A DNA stretch of 64,000 bases from Deltaproteobacteria bacterium (GTDB taxonomy: Bacteria > Myxococcota > XYA12-FULL-58-9 > JABJBS01): contig JABJBS010000095.1 of NCBI GenBank assembly GCA_018668695.1, positions 388 to 64,387 on the forward strand, in the 5' to 3' direction. Both the position numbers and the translations under genes were made by a program. Under the pieces are notes generated by a model. That model did no database searches and was not told the origin of the DNA. It saw only the letters and a program-made list of their open reading frames with translations. Below, piece by piece: positions 9,985 to 19,256 of the stretch (the first letter of the stretch is position 1; every line of letters begins with the position of its first letter).

Positions 9985-10028
9985 AAGCCGGGCTTGTTGG
10001 TTCGCCAATAAGTCCGGCTTTTTTTTTG
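9985..10028 (+). terminator. Rho-independent terminator
   Basis: aagccgggctt…aagtccggctt stem followed by a T9 run (10019-10028). Confidence 0.6.
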
Positions 10029-10159
10029 ATTTCCATTCTTAACCCACCCCAAAAACATATAAAAAGAATAACAATTACAGCACATTGTGGTTTTCGGGAC
10101 TTTTTTAGCGCTCAGAGCAATTAGATAGCTTGAACACCTAACATTGTGTAACATCTGCC

Positions 10160-11695
10160 ATGCTGCAAATCCTATCCTTGATTGCCCTTATCGCGACCCA
10201 AGCCGAAGCTGAGGGGATTTCCCCTACGCCGCCTATCCTAACGATGGACAATCTACCGTCAGAGCTCGATTCACTCCTTCAAGAGCCCGAGGTTGCCGAC
10301 GCTCAAATCAGTCTCCACGTTGTGAGAGTGAGCGATGGAAAAGTGCTTTATGCCAAGGATGAAAACGAACTTCGGGTGCCGGCATCGACCATCAAGCTCT
10401 TTACCACTGCCGCAGCGCTCGATGAACTGGGCCCTGATTACCGTTTTAAAACTGAAATTTATGGACCGGCTCCAAGCGCCGGAATCATCGCGGGCAATAT
10501 TCATCTTAAGGGATACGGCGATCCGTGGCTCGTTCCCGAGAGGTTTTGGTACTTCGCAAACCGGCTTAAATATTCGGGAGTTACCCAAATCGATGGAGAC
10601 ATCATCGTCGACGAAAGCTATTTCGGTGGATCCGCCATTGCAGCCGGCCAGGAGCAAGATTCATCGTCGTCAGCCTATATGGCTCCAGCTGGTGCTCTTT
10701 CGGTGGGCTTTAATGCAGTTTTGGTTCACATTCTGCCCACGGTTGCTGGGCAGCCTGCTCGCATCGCTATTGAGCCGAGCTCCGACAATATCACCGTCGA
10801 AGGAACGGTCACCACCAGTGAGCGGACACGCACGCGTCTCAATGTAGAGGTCGTTGAGAAAGACGGTAAGAATGTCGTGAAGGTTGAGGGTTATATTCTT
10901 CAAACCGATAAGCCCCGGGGCTACTGGCGCCGCATCCATCATCCGGGACTGCATGCCGGTTCCGTCTTTAAAGCCATGCTCAGCAGCATCGGAATCAAAG
11001 TTCAAGGAGATGTTCTCCTCGGTCAGCTTAACCCTGCTCCACCAGCCACACCTCAAAGTTCAGCGACCCCCGACGGCGCAGAGCAAGCAGCGCTGCCTGA
11101 GCCGATGGTTTCAATGACATCCCCGCGACTTGCAGATCTTATGGAGAAGGTAAACAAATACTCAAACAACTTTATGGCCGGTCAACTCGCCAGAGCGCTG
11201 GGCGCGGAAGTATCAGGTGCACCTGGTAGCTGGGACAAAGGTGAAGAGGCGATTCAAAAATTTCTCAAAGAGCGAGTAAAGGTGTCAGCTCCTCTACCCG
11301 TGATTAAAAATGCCAGCGGCCTTCACGACGTTAATCGAGTGACCAGTAAGCATGTCACGGAACTTCTTTGCTTTATGGCGCGAGAGCCCAAACACGAGAT
11401 TGAATTTTTAAACTCAATGGCCGTAGCTGGCGGTGTTGGTACTTTGCAAAGCCGAATGCAAGAGGGAAGTGCGAACCTCGTTCTAAGAGCCAAAACCGGA
11501 ACGCTGAGTATTGCCAGTGCCCTTTCGGGCTATGTTACAACTCAATCTGGGGAGCTTTTAGCGTTCTCCGTGTTGGTGAATCATTTTCAACAAGGCATTC
11601 AACCCATTTGGAAAATGCAAGATGCTATCGGCGAGGCACTCTCCAAGGTCACTGCATCATCCAAAAAGCAGGCACAACTCAAGCATACGAATTAA
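10160..11695 (+). CDS. dacB: D-alanyl-D-alanine carboxypeptidase/endopeptidase, PBP4 family (peptidase S13)
   Basis: Signal peptide; STIK (SxxK), SNN (SxN) and KTGT (KTG) motifs in the PBP4 arrangement. Confidence 0.8.
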   Translation: MLQILSLIALIATQAEAEGISPTPPILTMDNLPSELDSLLQEPEVADAQISLHVVRVSDGKVLYAKDENELRVPASTIKLFTTAAALDELGPDYRFKTEIYGPAPSAGIIAGNIHLKGYGDPWLVPERFWYFANRLKYSGVTQIDGDIIVDESYFGGSAIAAGQEQDSSSSAYMAPAGALSVGFNAVLVHILPTVAGQPARIAIEPSSDNITVEGTVTTSERTRTRLNVEVVEKDGKNVVKVEGYILQTDKPRGYWRRIHHPGLHAGSVFKAMLSSIGIKVQGDVLLGQLNPAPPATPQSSATPDGAEQAALPEPMVSMTSPRLADLMEKVNKYSNNFMAGQLARALGAEVSGAPGSWDKGEEAIQKFLKERVKVSAPLPVIKNASGLHDVNRVTSKHVTELLCFMAREPKHEIEFLNSMAVAGGVGTLQSRMQEGSANLVLRAKTGTLSIASALSGYVTTQSGELLAFSVLVNHFQQGIQPIWKMQDAIGEALSKVTASSKKQAQLKHTN

Positions 11696-11910
11696 AACCG
11701 CCCCAAAGCATTCTAAATCCAAAATGCTGCAGCCATCATTCCCAAAAGAGCCATTCCCATCAATATATCAGCACGGCGACTCATTGCTTACTCCCTACTC
11801 CAGTTTAGAAGAGGAACGGAGCACAATGTATGCCAAGGGTTTAGGTACGGAAGACATTAAGGAATTAGGGCCAGCAAGGCCGAGAAAGCTAAGTCGCTCT
11901 GACATCTATG

Positions 11911-13056
11911 TCAGAGTTTACCGAAAGTGCGCATTCGCTCTACGACCGTAATCACTTTTTCCAAGGCGGTCTCAAACTCAACGTCTTCAAGCTCAGGGGG
12001 AAATGAGAACCGGACGCATTCACGAGCGGCTTCTTCATCGATGCCCATGGCAAGCAATGCGGGAGATGGCAAAACGGAACCCGAAGAGCACGCGCTTCCT
12101 GTACTCACGAAAATGCCTTCGATGTCTAAAGCCATCAAAATTGCATCCCCCGGACACCCCTTAAATCGAATACACGATGTGTTGACCAGCCTCGGCTGCT
12201 CTGCCCCCAAGACAACCACGTCAGCGCAGCTTTTAAGAATCGCTGCTTCGAACCGTTCTCGTTTTTGCTCGCAGGTATCCAGCACTTGCTGAGATGGAAG
12301 CATCTCTAACGCTGCCGCCATACAGGCCGCACCTGCAACATTCTCAGTACCGCCGCGTAGACCTTGCTCCTGACCTCCGCCGGTTAGCTGCGGCTTGAGT
12401 ACAATACCGTCCTCGACCAGAAGAGCGCCTGTACCACTTAAGGCACCAAATTTATGACCTGAGATGGTCATCATGTGCACACCAAGCTCTGGCATCGAGA
12501 CTGGCATTCTCCCCACTGCCTGAACGGCATCCGTATGCATCACCACACCGCGGGCTCGGCAAATTGCCGCTATTTCTTGGATGGGTTGAATGATGCCTGT
12601 TTCGTTGCTCGCCATCATCACCGAAACTAAAAGCGTATCGCTGCTCATCGCACTCTCAACCTGGTCAACGTCGATGATGCCTGATGCGCCCACTTCCGCG
12701 TGAATCAACTGAAGGCCGTTTCGCTCGCAAAGCTCCTCAAGGTTTTTAATTACCGCGGGGTGTTCAATGCCGGCAACGACCACTGAGCCTTGCTTGGCCT
12801 CTTCTAGAAAGCCCAAAAGTGCCAGCGCATCGGACTCGGTACCGCCGCTGGTAAAAATCACAGAATCCGCAGGCATACCAAAAGCATGGCCTACCGCGGT
12901 TCTCGCATTTTCAAGAACTGCTCGCGCCGCTCGACCGGGCCCGTGAGCTGAGGAAGGATTACCAAAATGCTGGGATGCCTCGACGTAGGCCTGCCATGCA
13001 TGCTCGCTAACCGGAGCATCGGCATTCCAATCCAGATAGATACCGGTGGCGTTCAT
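11911..13056 (-). CDS. Cysteine desulfurase (class V aminotransferase, NifS/IscS-like)
   Basis: …FTSGGTESD…, SGHKFGALSGTGAL (PLP-Lys region), C-terminal SSGS…C region. Confidence 0.85.
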   Translation of the reverse strand: MNATGIYLDWNADAPVSEHAWQAYVEASQHFGNPSSAHGPGRAARAVLENARTAVGHAFGMPADSVIFTSGGTESDALALLGFLEEAKQGSVVVAGIEHPAVIKNLEELCERNGLQLIHAEVGASGIIDVDQVESAMSSDTLLVSVMMASNETGIIQPIQEIAAICRARGVVMHTDAVQAVGRMPVSMPELGVHMMTISGHKFGALSGTGALLVEDGIVLKPQLTGGGQEQGLRGGTENVAGAACMAAALEMLPSQQVLDTCEQKRERFEAAILKSCADVVVLGAEQPRLVNTSCIRFKGCPGDAILMALDIEGIFVSTGSACSSGSVLPSPALLAMGIDEEAARECVRFSFPPELEDVEFETALEKVITVVERMRTFGKL

Positions 13057-13071
13057 GAGGCTTTGCTGATT

Positions 13072-13746
13072 CTAAGAGAGAGGTAAAAGGTGACCCGACT
13101 TGCGGGCTTTGGTGCGTAGATAATCCACATTGTGTGGGTTAAGCTGCGTAATAACCGGCAATCGTTTGGCCACCTTGACGCCGACATTTTCTAAACCCTT
13201 GACTTTTAAGGGGTTATTCGTCGCCAGGATAATCGAGTTCAGTTCGAAAAACTTGATAATCAAGCCCGATACAGTGTAATCGCGAAGATCGTCGTCAAAA
13301 CCCAGATGCTTGTTTGCATCGACGGTATCGAGGCCCTCTTGCTGCTGAAGTGCATAGGCTTTGATTTTGTTTCCGAGTCCGATGCCGCGTCCTTCTTGTC
13401 TCATATAAACAAGAATTCCTTTGTCCTCAGAACCCAAAAGGTCCAAGGCAACCTCGAGCTGGTCGCGGCAATCGCAGCGCAGTGAGCCGAGTACATCGCC
13501 GGTTAGGCATTCAGAGTGAACCCGAACAGGTACGTTTTCGGCTTTCGAGAGATTGTCGCCGCGAACCAGAGCAACATGCTCTAAGTCGTCGATATTGTTT
13601 CGAAAAACATAAACTGAGAAGTCGCCATGCCGGGTTGGTAGCTTGGCTGTCGAGTAGAGTTCCACGGTGGTGTTACCCGCAGAAACCTTAGTGCCTACGC
13701 GAGGGCTTGAAGTTGAATCCATGGCTAATACTGATTGGGACGACAT
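13072..13746 (-). CDS. ribA: GTP cyclohydrolase II
   Basis: VRVHSECLTGDVLGSLRCDCRDQL… zinc-binding Cys triad and YMRQEGRGIGL motif; monofunctional size (224 aa). Confidence 0.85.
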   Translation of the reverse strand: MSSQSVLAMDSTSSPRVGTKVSAGNTTVELYSTAKLPTRHGDFSVYVFRNNIDDLEHVALVRGDNLSKAENVPVRVHSECLTGDVLGSLRCDCRDQLEVALDLLGSEDKGILVYMRQEGRGIGLGNKIKAYALQQQEGLDTVDANKHLGFDDDLRDYTVSGLIIKFFELNSIILATNNPLKVKGLENVGVKVAKRLPVITQLNPHNVDYLRTKARKSGHLLPLS

Positions 13747-13988
13747 CTTTATAAATAGCCTCCTGCTTGGGGTCAGATCTACTGGCTCGAATCGGTCATC
13801 ACGGACGCCGGCGGCGGAATAACCCGCTGGCCTATGGGCCGTAGCATACGGATATTATATCCGCAACGCTCAAAAATGAATTATGAAATCGGGACCGCTG
13901 CCCAGAAAATACTGAACAACTTCTAACAGGTAAGGTAGGAATCTTTTGGCAAGCCCACAAGGGGCTCACCAAAAGATTCATTCAAAGA

Positions 13989-14774
13989 TCAACCGCGAGC
14001 GGCAATCTTTTCGTGAGATCGGAGAAATCGGATGGTGTTTTCCAACCCATTTTCCATGGTCTCACAGAGAAACTCTCTGTATCCGCGCTCTTCACCGCGC
14101 AACGCTTCATAATAGCGCTGACGATCCGTTGCGTGAATAACCGCTGGAATATAGCCCGAACGCGTCAGGCAATAATTCAGCATCAAACGTCCAATCATGC
14201 CGCTGTGCTTTGAAAATGGAAACACACGCATGAACCGGTGGTGAGCATTGGCGGCAAACTCGATAGGATGCACATCCCGATCGCGTTTTCCGTTGATATA
14301 GTCCAATACCTTGGTCAAGCGTTGTTCAATTTCCGTAGGCTGAGCAATCTCGTGAAAATACGTCCGGTGAATTGGGATGTCCTTTCGGTACACGCCCGTC
14401 ATTTCCGGATTGTTGATCAAAATACCGTGAAGGCTCTTCAAGAACTTAATGGTGACCGTACCCCTTTTGGTCAACGACTTCTCTCTCACCATATCAATGC
14501 AACTCTTCTGGCCCTTAACATCTCGATAAGTAGGCAAAAGACTTACATCACTCACAACTTTATTATCTACGGCACTTCTAATCTCTGGATAGGCAAGAAC
14601 GACGCCTTCCAAACCGTTTTCGTGGTAGATCCACGAAATATCATACATCCCTAGGAACTCGTCCCAGGACCATCCGATCAAGCCGATTTTGTCTCGTGCT
14701 TCGTCGGTGAGTTCATCGATATCCAGATAGCGCTGACGAATCGCGCCCTCCGGATCAAACTGATTCCAATCCAT
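13989..14774 (-). CDS. Fic/Fido-fold protein with a degenerate active-site motif
   Basis: …AANAHHRFMRVFPFSKHSGMIGRLMLNYCL… aligns to the Fic core HPFx(D/E)GNGRxxRLL with His to Phe and GNGR to HSGM substitutions; region is slightly AT-richer than its surroundings. Confidence 0.55.
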   Translation of the reverse strand: MDWNQFDPEGAIRQRYLDIDELTDEARDKIGLIGWSWDEFLGMYDISWIYHENGLEGVVLAYPEIRSAVDNKVVSDVSLLPTYRDVKGQKSCIDMVREKSLTKRGTVTIKFLKSLHGILINNPEMTGVYRKDIPIHRTYFHEIAQPTEIEQRLTKVLDYINGKRDRDVHPIEFAANAHHRFMRVFPFSKHSGMIGRLMLNYCLTRSGYIPAVIHATDRQRYYEALRGEERGYREFLCETMENGLENTIRFLRSHEKIAARG

Positions 14775-15327
14775 GTTTATTACCCCTCAAATTTCCCCAA
14801 AATAACCATAGTTATCAAAATGAAAATAATTAATAAAAACAGCTGGTTGGAGTTTAGCCCCCTAAATCCAACCTGTCAAAACGAATTTCATTAAGACCAT
14901 GTATGTCGTCAAACCACTTCCCCTATCGATGTGGTTTAATGAATCATTCCAGTCGCTTAGACATTTTGCAAATAAGGATCGCTTAGTTCTTGCAAGAACT
15001 TTAACATCGCGATCTTTTGCATTTTGCTACACACGTAATCAACCAGTTGGACAAAACCGTGCGTTGAGCTGCCTTCAGACTTATGCCTTTCAACAATATG
15101 CGCTGTGTTATGAATTTGTGACTCGTTAAGTCATTTCAAAGCCGCGGTCGGTCTATTTGGGCCTTCATGGTGTTACCGCCCTGAAGTCCCAATCCCCCCA
15201 ACAATTCACCCCGCCAATCTCCCACCTTGGGCCAGCGGTGTTTCGGTACCAGCTTTCTAGAACCCGCCGATAGAAAGCATCAGCAGGAAGCTTGATTCAC
15301 CAAAAAGGTAGTGTAAAAATCGGCCGG

Positions 15328-17109
15328 ATGAACTTCTCACGTGACCCTATCTGGCAGTTTTTCCAGACCGCGTTGCCGTTATTGGCCTTATTAAGTTTTA
15401 GCCATGCAAACGCCACCTCTGAAACGCTCTCAGAGACTCCACCTAAAACGGAGCCCTCCGAGCAAACCTGCATTGCTGTCGTCGGAACCAACGATTTGCA
15501 CGGAGCCGTTGAGCCGCAAATCATCGAAGTCGGTAATCAAAAAGTAGAACGAGGCGGTTTGCTTGCAGTAAGCGGCTACATCAACATCCTCAGAAAAGAG
15601 TTTGGAGATAAGCTTATCCTCCTCGATGGAGGAGACCTCTTGCACGGCACTCTAACCGCCAACGTGTCCAAGGGTGGCGTGATGGTCAAAGCCCTGAATG
15701 CTCTCGGTTTTACCGCAGCCGCAATTGGAAACCACGAGTTTGATTTTGGTCCTCTACTGCCCGGTGATCCAGACAGACTCGGCGTAGTTAAAAAACGCAT
15801 CACAGAAGCTAATTTTCCGTTTCTTGCAGCCAACATCAGCCAACGCGCCTCCAAGACGCCCATCACATGGGTGAATACAATGCCTTCGACTATGATTGAT
15901 GTAAGCGGCATCCAAGTGGGCATCATCGGACTGGCCACGCCGAGTACGCCGCTGACCACCCGTCCCCAAAATGTCGCTACGCTACAATTTCTCAACCCCC
16001 AGCCTATTCTCATCCGCGAGGCCAACCGGTTACGAGACAACGGAGCCCAACTTGTAATCCTGGTCTCTCACATGGGCGATGCTTGCCCCGACACCACAGA
16101 TCCTAAAGACCTCAGTAGCTGCGATGGGCGAGGCGAACTTTTCTCTCTGCTTCAATCTCTGCCTTCGGGACTTGTCGATGTAGCAGTGGGTGGTCATACC
16201 CATGCTGTCGTGGGTCACTGGATTGGCTCAACCGCAACCATCGAAGCCGCTCACCGCGGACGTAAATTCACCTGGGTCAAAGCTTGCCTTGATTCTGCAG
16301 GTAAGCTGGACCGGTTAAAGAGCAAAATTGCTCCTGCCGTAGACACCTGCCTCACAACTTGGAGCGATGGCAGCTGCACCATGCGTGACGAACCGACTGA
16401 AACCAAGCCCGCCCAGTATCAAGGGCAAGCCGTCTCAATTGACCCCGCAGTACAACAAGCCGTTCAACCTTTTATCGATGAAGTAAGCCTCACACGCTCT
16501 GCACTTATCGGCGCCGAGCTGCCCAAAGCTTTCTTAAGGAAGGCGACCTCGGGAATCTTGTTAGGTGATGCGGTCGCTGAAGCGATTCGCCGATCTGTAA
16601 ACGCAGATGTTGGAATTCAAAATCGAGGTGGTGTCCGTGCTGACTTACCAGCCGGTACGACCAACTACGGAGAAGCGTACCGCGTTCTACCTTTTGGGAA
16701 TCAAGTGACTTCCATGCAGCTCACAGGAGCCCAGCTTTATGCCATGGTGCTACACATCGCCAAACGTCAACACGGTAAACCACCGCACATCGCGGGTTTG
16801 CGAGTCTTAATGGATGAGACCAACACATTAAGCTTATTGCACCCCAGTGGTACACCCGTTGAAATCTCTCGAGTCTATAAAGTAGCCACCAATGACTTTC
16901 TTGCAACAGGTGGGCAAGGTCTGGCCACCATTCTTGCAAACATCCCCCAAGCATCCATCACGATTGAACCTATTCTTTTGTTGGATGCGTTCGTGAATTT
17001 CCTAAAACAAGAATTCCCGATGCCAATAGCGGAACTTCCAGCCCCGCCCCAAGCAATTCCAGCTAACCAAAGTATACCCACCCCGGTCATCGCACCCGAA
17101 ACTCCGTGA
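15328..17109 (+). CDS. Bifunctional metallophosphatase/5'-nucleotidase (UshA-like), secreted
   Basis: Signal peptide; GTNDLHG, GNHEFDFG metallophosphoesterase motifs; C-terminal 5'-nucleotidase domain. Confidence 0.8.
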   Translation: MNFSRDPIWQFFQTALPLLALLSFSHANATSETLSETPPKTEPSEQTCIAVVGTNDLHGAVEPQIIEVGNQKVERGGLLAVSGYINILRKEFGDKLILLDGGDLLHGTLTANVSKGGVMVKALNALGFTAAAIGNHEFDFGPLLPGDPDRLGVVKKRITEANFPFLAANISQRASKTPITWVNTMPSTMIDVSGIQVGIIGLATPSTPLTTRPQNVATLQFLNPQPILIREANRLRDNGAQLVILVSHMGDACPDTTDPKDLSSCDGRGELFSLLQSLPSGLVDVAVGGHTHAVVGHWIGSTATIEAAHRGRKFTWVKACLDSAGKLDRLKSKIAPAVDTCLTTWSDGSCTMRDEPTETKPAQYQGQAVSIDPAVQQAVQPFIDEVSLTRSALIGAELPKAFLRKATSGILLGDAVAEAIRRSVNADVGIQNRGGVRADLPAGTTNYGEAYRVLPFGNQVTSMQLTGAQLYAMVLHIAKRQHGKPPHIAGLRVLMDETNTLSLLHPSGTPVEISRVYKVATNDFLATGGQGLATILANIPQASITIEPILLLDAFVNFLKQEFPMPIAELPAPPQAIPANQSIPTPVIAPETP

Positions 17110-17223
17110 AGCCTTACCTTAATTCGTGTCACCTAAAGCTTGCCGCCAAGACCGATATTAAAGCTGGACAATCGTCGACTTTAAAGTAGAATAAAATCTT
17201 CGTTTTAACAGTAAAAAAAGAAA

Positions 17224-18249
17224 ATGGGAGAAGCCATGACCATCCGAGTGGGATTGATGGGATTTGGGCGAATCGGGAGAAATCTTTTTCGAATTCTGCT
17301 CGACCGAGAAGACATCGAGATAGCCGTTATCAGCGATATCGCAAACCATGATGGACTTGAATATCTGCTACGCTACGACACAATTTTAGGACGCTTTCCT
17401 TACGAGCTTAGCATAAAAGACGGTCACCTCTACACCCTGGGCACACAGATCAAAATGTTAAGTGCCCGTGATCCTGGTGATGTTAACTGGGCAGAATACG
17501 ACGTCGACGTTGTCATTGATGCAACTGCCCGGCCTCGCTCTCGCACCGATCTCATGAAGCACATCGAGCAAGGTGCGAAGAAGGTAGTGCTTTGCACCAT
17601 GCCTGAAGATGAGCCCGACAGCACCATCGTCATGGGAATCAACCAAAGTAGCCTCAAGCCCGATGACCAATTGATTTACAACTCATCGATAACCACTCAC
17701 TGCGCTGCTCCCATTGTTGGAATCTTGGATAAAGCCTTTGGGATAGAACGTCTTTGCATGACCACCATTCATGCCTACACCAATGCTCAAAGCTTGGCGG
17801 ATGTTCCTGCAGATAATTTACGAAGCTCAAGAGCTGCGGGTGAAAATATCATCCCAGTAGAAACAGTTGCTGGTCCTATTTTAGAACAACTCTTTCCGAA
17901 CCTTGCGAACAAGATTGATGCACTCGCACTGAATGTACCCGTGCCCAATGGCTCTCTCGTTGACATGACGGTGTACACCACCAAAAAAGTCACCGTTGAA
18001 AGTATCAACGAAGTTGTTCGAACTGCAGCGGTGGATATCTACCCTGACCTCATCGAATACACCACTGATCCCATCGTATCTTCTGATGTAATCACCAGCC
18101 CATATTCGTGCACCTTTGATTCTAAAGGGACACAAGTGCTCGGTGACAACCTTCTCAAGACAATCAGCTGGTTTGATAATGGATGGGGTTACTGTCACCA
18201 AGCAGTTGACTTGATCGAACACCTCGCGGCGTCAGGAGCTTTAAAATGA
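17224..18249 (+). CDS. GAPDH-like paralog lacking the catalytic cysteine (SITTHC where ASCTTNC is expected)
   Basis: NAD-binding GFGRIGR motif retained, His176 equivalent (TTIHAYT) retained, but catalytic Cys149 position is Ile; ATGA overlap with the downstream canonical gap gene. Confidence 0.8.
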   Translation: MGEAMTIRVGLMGFGRIGRNLFRILLDREDIEIAVISDIANHDGLEYLLRYDTILGRFPYELSIKDGHLYTLGTQIKMLSARDPGDVNWAEYDVDVVIDATARPRSRTDLMKHIEQGAKKVVLCTMPEDEPDSTIVMGINQSSLKPDDQLIYNSSITTHCAAPIVGILDKAFGIERLCMTTIHAYTNAQSLADVPADNLRSSRAAGENIIPVETVAGPILEQLFPNLANKIDALALNVPVPNGSLVDMTVYTTKKVTVESINEVVRTAAVDIYPDLIEYTTDPIVSSDVITSPYSCTFDSKGTQVLGDNLLKTISWFDNGWGYCHQAVDLIEHLAASGALK

Positions 18250-19256
18250 CAATCAAAATCGCGATCAATGGATTTGGCAGAATCGGTCGAAGTGTTTTCC
18301 GTATTCTTTCCAGACGCGACGACATGGAAGTCGTTGCCATCAACGACCTTTTTCATAATGAAGCGCTGGCTTACCTTCTGAAATACGACACCATCATGGG
18401 CACCTTTGAAAAAGATGTCACATATGATGAAGAGTACCTTCATGTTGGTGCCCAAAAAATACTGATGACCAAAGAGCGAGACCCGGCTAAAGCTAAATGG
18501 GGAGAGCTCGGGGTTGATGTCGTCGTTGAATCAACAGGCGTGTTCAGGCAACGCAAACAACTTGAGAAACATCTCGATGCGGGAGCCAAAAGAGTTCTAC
18601 TCACTGTGCCACCTAAAGATGAAATCGATGCCATGGTTGTCTACAAGGTTAACGACCATATCTTGAAAAAAGAGCATCGAATCATTTCGAATGCATCATG
18701 CACCACCAACTGTTTAGCACCGGTGGCTCATGTGCTGAACGACACGTTTGGCGTCGAGTCTGGGTTAATGACCACCGTGCACGCCTATACGAATGATCAA
18801 CGCCTTGCGGATGTCCCGCACGCAGATTTTCGTCGTAGCCGCGCAGCTGCAGAGAATATCATCCCGACTACAACAGGCGCAGCAATTGCCGTCGGTAAAG
18901 TTCTACCTGAACTTGCAGGCAAGCTTGATGGAATGGCTGCACGGGTCCCGATTCCAGATGGTTCTATTGTTGACCTCACCGTGAAACTCAACAAAAAGCC
19001 AAGCCGAGATGAAATCAACGAAGCACTTCGCAGCGCCGCTCATGGGTCTCTAGAAGGAGTTCTTGAGTACTCAACGGTTCCAGTCGTTTCCAGTGACATC
19101 ATCGGTAACCCGCACTCTTCCATCTTTGACAGCCTGCTTACTCAAGCAAGAGCTGATGGATATGCGCGTGTTATGTCTTGGTATGACAATGAGTGGGGAT
19201 ACTCGAACCGCTGCGTCGATTTGATTCTAAAAATGCACGAGATTGACAACGCTTAA
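18246..19256 (+). CDS. gap: Glyceraldehyde-3-phosphate dehydrogenase (canonical)
   Basis: INGFGRIGR, SNASCTTNCLAP, WYDNEWGYS signature motifs. Confidence 0.9.
   Translation: MTIKIAINGFGRIGRSVFRILSRRDDMEVVAINDLFHNEALAYLLKYDTIMGTFEKDVTYDEEYLHVGAQKILMTKERDPAKAKWGELGVDVVVESTGVFRQRKQLEKHLDAGAKRVLLTVPPKDEIDAMVVYKVNDHILKKEHRIISNASCTTNCLAPVAHVLNDTFGVESGLMTTVHAYTNDQRLADVPHADFRRSRAAAENIIPTTTGAAIAVGKVLPELAGKLDGMAARVPIPDGSIVDLTVKLNKKPSRDEINEALRSAAHGSLEGVLEYSTVPVVSSDIIGNPHSSIFDSLLTQARADGYARVMSWYDNEWGYSNRCVDLILKMHEIDNA

Noticed and set aside
11893-11917. 9-bp inverted repeat ctctgacat-ct-atgtcagag at the convergent dacB/nifS junction as a terminator
   Set aside because: The stem is AT-moderate with a 2-nt loop and no flanking U-run on either strand. 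It overlaps the nifS stop codon. I cannot call it a terminator with confidence.
13747-13988. Possible FMN (RFN) riboswitch upstream of ribA
   Set aside because: I read the minus-strand leader for the conserved RFN core segments (GGGCAGGGUGAAAUUCCC / ACCGGCGGU / AGCCCGCG) and found only loose resemblance. ribA here is monofunctional and may not be riboswitch-controlled. A near-palindrome cggatatTatatccg is present but is not a riboswitch element.
14899-15129. 76-aa plus-strand ORF in the long fic/5'-nucleotidase intergenic region
   Set aside because: It has no ribosome-binding context and an odd composition (Cys/Phe/Tyr-rich, no hydrophobic core pattern). It is most likely chance in an AT-richer spacer, although the spacer itself is flagged as a finding.
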